In this document: positions 7,800 through 15,685 of the stretch, piece after piece | Layout: every line of letters starts with the position of its first letter | Position numbering within the stretch: the stretch's first letter is position 1 | From: an uncultured Gammaproteobacteria bacterium | GTDB taxonomy: Bacteria > Patescibacteriota > Patescibacteriia > Veblenbacterales > UBA10138 | DNA length: 64,000 nucleotides | Direction of reading: 5' to 3' | Assembly (NCBI GenBank): GCA_964453605.1 | Contig: CAYVOI010000001.1 | Location: forward strand, 612,095-676,094 | Program-made: the position numbers and the translations under genes | The notes under the pieces: generated by a model | Databases searched by the model: none | What the model was told of the DNA's origin: nothing | Seen by the model: only the letters and a program-made list of their open reading frames with translations

Positions 7800-10745
7800 G
7801 TGCGTATGAAATACGCTTCCCTGCTGTACGCGCTGCTCCTCGTGCACAACCCGTGCCTAGGACAGCCGAACCCCGACATTTCGTACCACAGCTTTACCTG
7901 GTACATGAAGGCCTTTGACGTGCGGGTTGATAGCACGCACAGCTGCGCTGTCCAGGTGTGGTTCCCCAGCAGTTTCGACACTACCATTGCCAACCTGGCG
8001 GCTAGCCTGACCCAAAGGCTCATCGCGCCGTACGCCGCCACCTTTCTCAGCCTGCGGCCCGTGCGCCAGCCCCCACCCCACCAAGGCGAGCTGGTGCGGG
8101 ACGAAACCGGCCAGCCGCGCCAAGCCACGACACCCTGGTGCCCCGAACGGCTCGTCGTCATCCTGTACCCCAATGCGCAGGACTTCAACCAGCAAAAAAT
8201 AATTCGCGACGAAGCCATTCCCCCCGGTGTGGGCGGCTTTACCGAACCGCTACAGGGCATGCGCTGTGCGGTGCCCTACAGCGGCAACCTGTACTGGTTC
8301 TTATGGGCGCTAGCTCACGAGGTACAGCACACCTTCTACTGCCAGTACCTGCCTGCCAGCCACCGGGACGCTGCCGACCTGGACCTGCCCAATGTGTACG
8401 AGCCAGCTAGCCCACCGCTGTGGTTCATTGAGGGGCAAGCTGAATACACGACGGTCAAATACTTTGGCGACAACCAGCGGAGTAGCCGCCTAGCCCAGCT
8501 CAAGGAAGTGAACCTCATCTACACCGCACACCAAAAGCTACCTGCCTTGGATAAATTTGGTAGAAAATTCCTGAACTACAGCGGTGGCTACAGCTTTTTC
8601 TCGTTTGTACCCACGCTGGCGGAAAGCTCGCAGTACATAACCGCCCAACTAGCTCGTGGACGAAACATCGAGGCAGCCTGGGACAGCCTCGGGCGCGAGC
8701 TAGAGGATGACGAGGTAGCCTGGCGAGCACATGAACAGGCCAACGGGTACCAGCTTACCTTAGGCAGTCCAGCCGATAGCCTGCCTGCCCGCGAACTCAA
8801 CCCTAAGCTGAGTTCAATCGGCGGCATTGGTTACGACCGCGACAGCAAGTACGCTGCTTACTTCCACTTCAACGAAACCTACGATCTAGAAGTAGTGGTC
8901 AGAGACCTGGACTCTCACCTGGCCACGGTGCTCGCCCACCAGTACGAAGACAAGTCGCGCTTCTACCGCGTGTCGAACACGCCGGCTGTCTATGGCAATA
9001 CGGTCGCACTGGTGACCTCGCGTGACGGGCACGATGTGCTGGAGCTCTACGGCCTACACACCAATGGCCGCGGGCTCCACGTCACCCACAAACAGGCCTT
9101 CACCATACCCGGCCTGGTGTGGGTGGATAATGTTTCGTTCATCGACAGCGACTCACTGCTGTTTGTGGGCATGGATGCCAGTGGTCAGCGGGATGTGTAC
9201 ACCTGGAACTACGAGAGCCGGCGGCTGCAGCGGCTGACCAACGACCGCTACGACAAGCAGCAGCCGCAGTACCTGCGCGGCGATACCCTGGTTTACCTAG
9301 AAAGCGGCAGCCTGCCTGATCGGCACCACGTTACCCTGCTCACGCCGCAGGGAAAAACCTGGCTCGAGTTTGGCGGCGATACGCTGTCGTTCCCCGACCA
9401 GATCAAGGTCTGCGATGGGAACGTGGCCGTACGCCTGCTGCGGCCGAACGGAAGTTGCTACCTGGTAGTGTGGAACCCGGCCTGGCCACAGGCCTATCGC
9501 TACCGCTTTGGCACCCGGGTAGCTGGTGACTCGTACGTGGCCTTTCCCCTGGTCACGGACATCATCGGCTGGCAGACGGGCACCTTGACGCTGTTGGTAA
9601 AAAGCTCCACCAGCCTGGTCACCGAGCTGGATAGGTGGGAAGAGATACCGCTTGATACTGCCAAACTCGCGGGCCTCGCTGTTACCTACCGACCCAGCGA
9701 GCCGTTTACGTTCAACCGCTCACCAGCCACTACCGAACTCCCCAGCCAGCCGGCGGACCGCACCATGCGCTACCGCACCATTACACGCGACCGCGCCGAG
9801 CTATCGGACGCTACGGGCGAACACGGCATTATGGTGAACCAAGCCCAGCTGTTCTACCTGGGGAACTTCGGGCTCTTCTACAGGCTCGAGGCTGGCTACT
9901 TCGACCGCTCAGGCCGACCCGAGGTAAACACCCTAGCTAGCGCCGGGCATTCCCCCTGGATCAATGGCTCGCTGCTGAGCTCGCGCCGGGAGGATATCAG
10001 CCTGGACAACTGGGCCATTGCCAAACGCCAGTACCTCTACCCGTTGGATCCAGAACAGAGCGTGTGGTGGCAGGGCTCAATCGGGTACTTGGTGCGCACG
10101 TTTGACAACGAGGCTCACCCCTCGACCACTACCCCCATCCTGGGGTTGGGTGCTGGCTACCGCAGTGACGGGGTCTACGGCAACCCATTAGTTGACGTGT
10201 ACCACGGCACCGCCCTGACCCTGGCCCTAGCGGGAACGGTGGGCCAGGTGGCTAGCCAGTACCAGCTGCTCGACGGCAGTGCCAGCCTGAACTTCCGCTG
10301 GTACTGGCAACCGTGGCCGCTCACCGCCTACCTGGCCTGCCAGGTGGCTGGCGGGTTTGCCACCGGGCCGTATGCCACCAACTTCTTCACCCCCGCGCTA
10401 GCACCACAGCCTGGCGTGCTGACGTTCGACTACAACCGCAGCGTTGGTTCACGCCTGGCCGTGGCTGAAGCCGAGTGGCGCCTGCCGGTGGCGCGGCTGT
10501 TCCTTACGCAGTACCGGTTCTGGGAAGCTAGCAATCCACTGCTCGTATTTGTCTCGCTGGGCACGGGCTGGTTCTACGCCGCAGGCGCAGTGGGCAGCCA
10601 AGGCACGCCGCTCCGTTTTACCAGCCGTACCGGTCTGATGGTTGAGCTCAGCCCCTTCTCGGGGGTAGCGGCTCGCTATGAGTACGGCACCACGTTCGGC
10701 CTACCCGGCTGGCAGGGCAGCTGGAACATACGCACCACCTGGTGA
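7800..10745 (+). CDS. Large secreted multidomain protein: signal peptide, MA-clan zinc peptidase-like domain (HExxH...EGxAEY), TolB/PD40-like beta-propeller region, Omp85/surface-antigen-like C-terminal region
   Basis: Strong SD AAGGAGGTG 6 nt upstream of the ATG. Signal peptide MKYASLLYALLLVHNPCLG. LAHEVQHTF followed by FIEGQAEYTTVKY matches the Peptidase_MA_2 pattern. The 981-aa ORF ends ...SWNIRTTW and is followed by a perfect bidirectional terminator. Confidence 0.75.
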   Translation: MRMKYASLLYALLLVHNPCLGQPNPDISYHSFTWYMKAFDVRVDSTHSCAVQVWFPSSFDTTIANLAASLTQRLIAPYAATFLSLRPVRQPPPHQGELVRDETGQPRQATTPWCPERLVVILYPNAQDFNQQKIIRDEAIPPGVGGFTEPLQGMRCAVPYSGNLYWFLWALAHEVQHTFYCQYLPASHRDAADLDLPNVYEPASPPLWFIEGQAEYTTVKYFGDNQRSSRLAQLKEVNLIYTAHQKLPALDKFGRKFLNYSGGYSFFSFVPTLAESSQYITAQLARGRNIEAAWDSLGRELEDDEVAWRAHEQANGYQLTLGSPADSLPARELNPKLSSIGGIGYDRDSKYAAYFHFNETYDLEVVVRDLDSHLATVLAHQYEDKSRFYRVSNTPAVYGNTVALVTSRDGHDVLELYGLHTNGRGLHVTHKQAFTIPGLVWVDNVSFIDSDSLLFVGMDASGQRDVYTWNYESRRLQRLTNDRYDKQQPQYLRGDTLVYLESGSLPDRHHVTLLTPQGKTWLEFGGDTLSFPDQIKVCDGNVAVRLLRPNGSCYLVVWNPAWPQAYRYRFGTRVAGDSYVAFPLVTDIIGWQTGTLTLLVKSSTSLVTELDRWEEIPLDTAKLAGLAVTYRPSEPFTFNRSPATTELPSQPADRTMRYRTITRDRAELSDATGEHGIMVNQAQLFYLGNFGLFYRLEAGYFDRSGRPEVNTLASAGHSPWINGSLLSSRREDISLDNWAIAKRQYLYPLDPEQSVWWQGSIGYLVRTFDNEAHPSTTTPILGLGAGYRSDGVYGNPLVDVYHGTALTLALAGTVGQVASQYQLLDGSASLNFRWYWQPWPLTAYLACQVAGGFATGPYATNFFTPALAPQPGVLTFDYNRSVGSRLAVAEAEWRLPVARLFLTQYRFWEASNPLLVFVSLGTGWFYAAGAVGSQGTPLRFTSRTGLMVELSPFSGVAARYEYGTTFGLPGWQGSWNIRTTW

Positions 10746-10770
10746 TGAATGAAATCCATAAAAAAAATAT

Positions 10771-10808
10771 AATCCTGAAGCTTGATCAGCTTCAGGATTT
10801 TTATTTTA
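10771..10808. terminator. Bidirectional intrinsic terminator (11-bp perfect stem AATCCTGAAGC/GCTTCAGGATT, A-tract before, T-tract after)
   Basis: Seen directly in sequence between the convergent 981-aa gene (+) and msrA (-). Confidence 0.8.
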
Positions 10809-10835
10809 CCTGGCCCTGGCCTGGGCAGGCCACTC

Positions 10836-11390
10836 TCAGGTAGCTTTAAGTAGGTGTGCGTACGTGGCGCGAAACTTGGCAAGCTTTGGACTAATAACTG
10901 CTTGGCAGTACCCAGCGTCGCTATTACGGGCGTAGTAGTTGCGGTGGTACTCCTCAGCTTCGTAAAAATTCTTGAGTGGCTCCACTTTTGTTACAATCGG
11001 CACCCCAAAGTCGCCTGAAGTATTAAGCTCATCAATAAACTCACGTGCAATTCTAGCCTGCTCCTCGCTCATGGTGAGAATTACGGAGCGGTACTGCTCC
11101 CCTACGTCGGCCCCTTGCCTATCAACGGTGGTAGGGTTGTGGGTACCAAAGAACACACCGAGCAAATCACGGTACGAAACCTGGGTCGGGTCAAACTCTA
11201 CCTTGATAACCTCCGCATGACCAGTAGTGCCGTTACACACTTGTTCATACGTCGGGCGCTCTTTCGTGCCGCCAGCGTAGCCTGGCATAACGCTGGTCAC
11301 CCCCTTTACCTGGTTAAACACGGCTTCAGTGCACCAGAAGCACCCACCGCCAAATACTGCTACTTCATATGTTTTACTCATGGCGTCCAT
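10836..11390 (-). CDS. msrA: Peptide methionine sulfoxide reductase MsrA
   Basis: GGGCFWCTEAVF active-site motif. Start probably at an internal Met (MDAMSKTYEVAVFGGGCFW); the listed ORF extends to 11414. Confidence 0.85.
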   Translation of the reverse strand: MDAMSKTYEVAVFGGGCFWCTEAVFNQVKGVTSVMPGYAGGTKERPTYEQVCNGTTGHAEVIKVEFDPTQVSYRDLLGVFFGTHNPTTVDRQGADVGEQYRSVILTMSEEQARIAREFIDELNTSGDFGVPIVTKVEPLKNFYEAEEYHRNYYARNSDAGYCQAVISPKLAKFRATYAHLLKAT

Positions 11391-11468
11391 AAGTTCAGAA
11401 CTATTGTACCACACTTATACTACCACAGGGTCAGCCCTTGCGGGCTGACCCTGTGCCAAAACTGTAGC

Positions 11469-12392
11469 CTACTCAATACTCACCAAGGCTCCACTGTTTG
11501 CATCCACGTACACGCTCTTAAGCTCGAGGCCGCTGGTGCCGGTAACATGCCACACGGCTTTTCCGTTCTTGGTTTCAAGCTTCACCGAGACTGCCACGGT
11601 GATACCACCTTGGTCTTTGGCCACCCGCACAGCTTGCTCGGCGCTCACCTTGGCGGCTGTTTCGCTCTGGCTGCTACCCATGACGTGGATAACACCACTC
11701 GGGGTAACGTCGAGCTTGACCGTGCCGCCGAGCATAAAGTCGGGCTTAGCCTCACCGTTCTCGTCCGTCCCCAGGGTGACATTGGCATCCACGTCGCCCC
11801 CCTCAACCTTAACCGACTCGTCGTCCCCCACTTGCACCTGCGCGCTACTCCGGTTCTCAAGCTTAACCACTGGGGTAATAATGTAGGTACCCTGCCCGGT
11901 CAGGTGGAGCGATTGGTCAACTTTGAAATCTAACAGCACGCTGGATTCTGTATCGGCCTTCACCACCAGCTGACCAACGAGCTTGAGGTCGTTGGAGGGC
12001 AACTTGGCTTCGGTTGTCTCGCTACCTCTTACCACCACTACCTTACTGACGTGGAGCCGCACCTGGTCATAGGTATCGGCCGTAAGGTTAGCATCAGCCA
12101 AGAGCTCAGCCTTGGCCGTTTGCTTGAGGGTGAGTAGGTCAAACGTCCTACTGTTGGTAGAAACCGTCACCCACCCCTGGGTGGCGCTGTGCACCTGAAC
12201 CTTGTCAATGGTGAGGTTGACAGCGGTAACGCCCTGGAGCGAGGCGGCGGCGTCAGTTACCGAAAACACTGCCCTACCCTGTGAGGCACCCTGAACTTCG
12301 TTCTGGTTAGTATTGGTATACACCTGCTGCTGGCTGGTGCAGCTAGCACCAACTAACGGGAGAAGCACAGCGAGTAAAAGTAGCTTCTTCAT
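11469..12392 (-). CDS. Secreted lipoprotein-like protein (DUF4382-like beta-rich)
   Basis: Signal peptide MKKLLLLAVLLPLVGASC with a Cys at the cleavage region, then a beta-strand-rich domain. Confidence 0.5.
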   Translation of the reverse strand: MKKLLLLAVLLPLVGASCTSQQQVYTNTNQNEVQGASQGRAVFSVTDAAASLQGVTAVNLTIDKVQVHSATQGWVTVSTNSRTFDLLTLKQTAKAELLADANLTADTYDQVRLHVSKVVVVRGSETTEAKLPSNDLKLVGQLVVKADTESSVLLDFKVDQSLHLTGQGTYIITPVVKLENRSSAQVQVGDDESVKVEGGDVDANVTLGTDENGEAKPDFMLGGTVKLDVTPSGVIHVMGSSQSETAAKVSAEQAVRVAKDQGGITVAVSVKLETKNGKAVWHVTGTSGLELKSVYVDANSGALVSIE

Positions 12393-12474
12393 AAAAAGTA
12401 GTGGTTAAGAATGCTAAGAAGACCTCGCCTCTCAGCACTAGCTATAACGCTTTTCCAGGAAGCTTGTTTCAGAC

Positions 12475-12948
12475 CTACCTGAGATCTGCCAACTCCTCCA
12501 GCGCCTTTGCAGCGTAGAACCTAATGTTAGCCCTCAGGTCGGCAGACTGCAGGTCGGCACTCGTGAACCACTTCCACTCTTCACTCTGGTCGCCGCGGTA
12601 GGTGACGGTTACCCTATCGGACGTAGCGCGGGCAAAGTACACCAACGTCACGTGTTCGTGAGTTGGGGAAACGCGGTGGCGATTAAGATAGCGGGGCGCT
12701 AGGAGCTCTCGGTAGTTCGGATTGTGTGCTTCACCGGTATTGGGTTGCGTGCCAGCAAGCTCAACGTTCAAACCCACCTCCTCCACTACCTCGCGTACAG
12801 CGGCTTGGTTCGGGTCTTCATCCAGCTCGACGTGCCCACCAACCGATAGCCAGATTTTGTACTTGTCGTGTTTCCGCAGTAGGACTTTATCTTTGTAGAC
12901 AATAAACACTTCCACGGTGAAATCTATGTTCTCATGGATGTGCGGCAT
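12475..12948 (-). CDS. NUDIX hydrolase
   Basis: Nudix box GGHVELDEDPNQAAVREVVEEVGL (Gx5Ex7REVxEExG). Confidence 0.75.
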   Translation of the reverse strand: MPHIHENIDFTVEVFIVYKDKVLLRKHDKYKIWLSVGGHVELDEDPNQAAVREVVEEVGLNVELAGTQPNTGEAHNPNYRELLAPRYLNRHRVSPTHEHVTLVYFARATSDRVTVTYRGDQSEEWKWFTSADLQSADLRANIRFYAAKALEELADLR

Positions 12949-12953
12949 ATGCC

Positions 12954-13586
12954 TTACAAGAACTTGAACGTCTGTATTGCTTCCTCGAAGAGGCCCTGCA
13001 CTTTGACTCGGTCAAACTCCTTTATACCCTGGTCTGGCGAGTAGTTGCCGATGTTAGTAGAGTGGATGGTGTACTCCACGGCGTAGCAGGTGCCATTACG
13101 AACCGTGCGGTAGCTGGTAGTGTCATAAAAATTCCCAGCACCGGCATCGCTTAAGGTAAACTTGGTAAACTCCACACCGTTGATAGAGACCGTGCCCTGC
13201 CGAGTAGCGTACTCCCCTATTCCGCTGGTGCAGGTTGAAACTGCTTGAGCGTTCTTACTCGAACCAACCGTGAGCGCGGCCTCACCAAAATTGGTCATTG
13301 GTGCAAACTCGCGCGGCAGGCCAACTACTAGTTCTAGGAGCCCTGGGGTAGTGGTGCCCTCGCGCCACACTTGCACAAAGCCGATTTCGTTCTGCTTGAG
13401 CGTAAGCTCCTTGGGGTAACTTATAGTGAACGTTTGAGCGGGGTCGCTAAACGATACCAGGTTTTGGTTCACGGGAGCTGGAGTCGGTGCTGATGGTTTC
13501 TGGTTCACCGTAACTACAATAAAGTAGCCCGCCACAACAACAGCGGCCACAGTAATACCAGTTATCCAAGGTAGTGTTTTATTCAT
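12954..13586 (-). CDS. Membrane-anchored/secreted protein with N-terminal MNKTLPW signal-anchor (paralog of 56222..56809)
   Basis: Start assigned to the internal Met: MNKTLPWITGITVAAVVVAGYFIV, then a Pro/Thr linker and a beta-rich domain. Confidence 0.5.
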   Translation of the reverse strand: MNKTLPWITGITVAAVVVAGYFIVVTVNQKPSAPTPAPVNQNLVSFSDPAQTFTISYPKELTLKQNEIGFVQVWREGTTTPGLLELVVGLPREFAPMTNFGEAALTVGSSKNAQAVSTCTSGIGEYATRQGTVSINGVEFTKFTLSDAGAGNFYDTTSYRTVRNGTCYAVEYTIHSTNIGNYSPDQGIKEFDRVKVQGLFEEAIQTFKFL

Positions 13587-13658
13587 AGGTAATACAATTA
13601 TACCACCATACCTCAATCTCACGTATAGTGTTGCACGATTTTAGCCCAAGCCTGTTAA

Positions 13659-13982
13659 TCAAATATCTACTTCAAACCTCCAATCAACTGGCGTTAGGGT
13701 AATAGTGATCGGGTGGCGAAAGTTATTATCCTTTCTCCACTTAGAAAGGGGTTCTTTTATAGCCTCGAATAATTTTTCTCTGTCATTAACCTTACTTGCA
13801 CTCATTTCAACAAAAATTTCTACTGGGGCTACCCCAATTTTTATCCGAGGACTATCGGCGTAGACAAAAACTTCCGAAATTCCGGTAGCGTGCTGAACGA
13901 TTTTAATCACAGCATTAGACAAAGCTACAATTTCTTTGTCTTCAACCTTCTGGTCGTCAAATTTTATGTTTATCATTGGCAT
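13659..13982 (-). CDS. Hypothetical protein, possibly tautomerase-like (N-terminal Met-Pro)
   Basis: 107 aa starting MPMINIKF, in a clearly AT-richer segment. The tautomerase assignment is weak. Confidence 0.3.
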   Translation of the reverse strand: MPMINIKFDDQKVEDKEIVALSNAVIKIVQHATGISEVFVYADSPRIKIGVAPVEIFVEMSASKVNDREKLFEAIKEPLSKWRKDNNFRHPITITLTPVDWRFEVDI

Positions 13983-14019
13983 AGACTACTCAATAATCAT
14001 ATTGCTGACATAGCACTTC

Positions 14020-14562
14020 CTACATTCCTTTCTCGCCCACCGGGCGCTCACCATCAAGGTATAAACATCCCTCTGACCCAACCTTAGCGCTATGCATTAC
14101 CTTTGCAGGAAAAGTTATCTCATCTCCAGGTTTGAGTGTGGAAACCTTACCATTCATAGCGATCTCAATGGACCCCTCAAGTACAACGAGGAGCTGATCA
14201 CCAGGGTGATCATGGTCAGGGAAAAACTCGTTGGGTGGATCATTGTACTCGTTAATTATCGAGAAACCCTCTGCCATCATCCGCTGTTTGATTTGTTCTT
14301 TATTGTCCATGGCACTTCTTATACTTTTTCCCATAACGTAATGGGGCTCATCGGGTAATTCAGAAGGTTCACTTACATTATATTGCTCAAGCACCTTCCG
14401 CCTAGCATCCCACCCTGGTCCTGGTCCTTTTTCCGGCGTGCTATGGGAGTAGTACTGCCGCAGGGTATAACCAGTGTCTACCTTGCGATAGCTAACCCCG
14501 TTGATAACCCTTTCTCCTGCTGCCGCGTTGAATGGCAATTCTTGCTCCATACTACTTCCCAT
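14020..14562 (-). CDS. Cupin domain protein
   Basis: The C-terminal half has cupin motifs (PDHDHPGDQLLVVLEGS...GDEITFPAKVMHSA). AT-rich context. Confidence 0.55.
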   Translation of the reverse strand: MGSSMEQELPFNAAAGERVINGVSYRKVDTGYTLRQYYSHSTPEKGPGPGWDARRKVLEQYNVSEPSELPDEPHYVMGKSIRSAMDNKEQIKQRMMAEGFSIINEYNDPPNEFFPDHDHPGDQLLVVLEGSIEIAMNGKVSTLKPGDEITFPAKVMHSAKVGSEGCLYLDGERPVGEKGM

Positions 14563-14583
14563 AGCACTCTTTAAAAGGCTACA

Positions 14584-15519
14584 TTAATGGGAACCTAAAT
14601 TATTCTTATTTATAAACTTGATAAGTTCATCTGACAACTTATCCTCTTGTTCCTGAAAATCGTGATCACAATTGGTAATCTGACAAGTTTCAGTTCTTGG
14701 ATTTTCCTTCTTCATCAGTTCAAGAGCATCTTTAATTGGAATAACGGTATACTCATGTTTATCGCCAATAACTGCAAGTATTGGAATTTTTATCTTCGAG
14801 TACCCCGGCAATTTCTTTTTATGAAACGGTAATGCGTCATCAAAAGCAGGGTTTGCGTCTGAAAAATTAATATACGAATCAGCAGACTTAGGCATTATAC
14901 CTGCATATGCATCTCTATCTAGGAACAAATCCCCCTTACCTTCTGCAATAAATGTATGAGCCAGTTGTAATGTCTTCTCATAATCTTTAACCAGAACAGG
15001 TTCAGACCCTGGCGAGGTAGCAGGTGCAAGTAAAATAAGCGCGGAAATCTTACCACGGTACTTTCCATGAAGCATGTAGTAAACGACTTTCTCGGTTCCT
15101 AAGCTATGTCCTGAAAGAATGATTTTTTCGTAACCCTCTTTGAGGACAAATTCCACCCATGCGTCAATATCAATTATGCAATCTTCAAATTTCTCAACCG
15201 CCGCACCGTTTCCCTGCCAAGCGTTGTAAACACCTTCGCCCCGATTATTCGTCGACAACATCGATACACCATTTCCTAAAAGATCTTTGGCCAGGACTTC
15301 AATAAAATACTCTTCATAGAAGTTACTCGCTGTGCCGTGAATATGGAGAAAAACGGTTTTGCTTTTGTCGGCACGTAGGTGGAGGGCATGGAGCCAGATG
15401 CCGTCCGACGTTTTTATTCGCTCTATTGGATAATTCATATAATTATCTTTTACCCATATTAACTTTGTGCTCCTCCGTTCCCAAAAACCAACAACGTTTA
15501 TACTTTTCTCCACTCCCAC
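14584..15519 (-). CDS. Alpha/beta hydrolase fold protein (GHSLG nucleophile elbow)
   Basis: 311 aa with GxSxG (ILSGHSLGTEKV). AT-rich context. Confidence 0.6.
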   Translation of the reverse strand: MGVEKSINVVGFWERRSTKLIWVKDNYMNYPIERIKTSDGIWLHALHLRADKSKTVFLHIHGTASNFYEEYFIEVLAKDLLGNGVSMLSTNNRGEGVYNAWQGNGAAVEKFEDCIIDIDAWVEFVLKEGYEKIILSGHSLGTEKVVYYMLHGKYRGKISALILLAPATSPGSEPVLVKDYEKTLQLAHTFIAEGKGDLFLDRDAYAGIMPKSADSYINFSDANPAFDDALPFHKKKLPGYSKIKIPILAVIGDKHEYTVIPIKDALELMKKENPRTETCQITNCDHDFQEQEDKLSDELIKFINKNNLGSH

Positions 15520-15685
15520 CCACGTAGTAGTCCCGCTGAGCGGGACACTACAGGGCTGCGCTGCTTAACCACGGTGGTAGGGCGCATTAATTAAACCACA
15601 CTTCTTATACCCCGCACCAGAACCTATGGTTCGGTACGGGGCTTCGCTACGCTCGCTTCTTATTAGCGACATACTGCTCAACATC

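Noticed and set aside
11115-11933. 272-aa + ORF overlapping msrA and the lipoprotein gene
   Set aside because: Antisense to two well-supported minus-strand genes; low-complexity H/R-rich translation.
15533-15557. GTAGTCCCGC-TGA-GCGGGACACTAC hairpin downstream of secA as a terminator
   Set aside because: No U-tract on either strand, so it is not scored as an intrinsic terminator.
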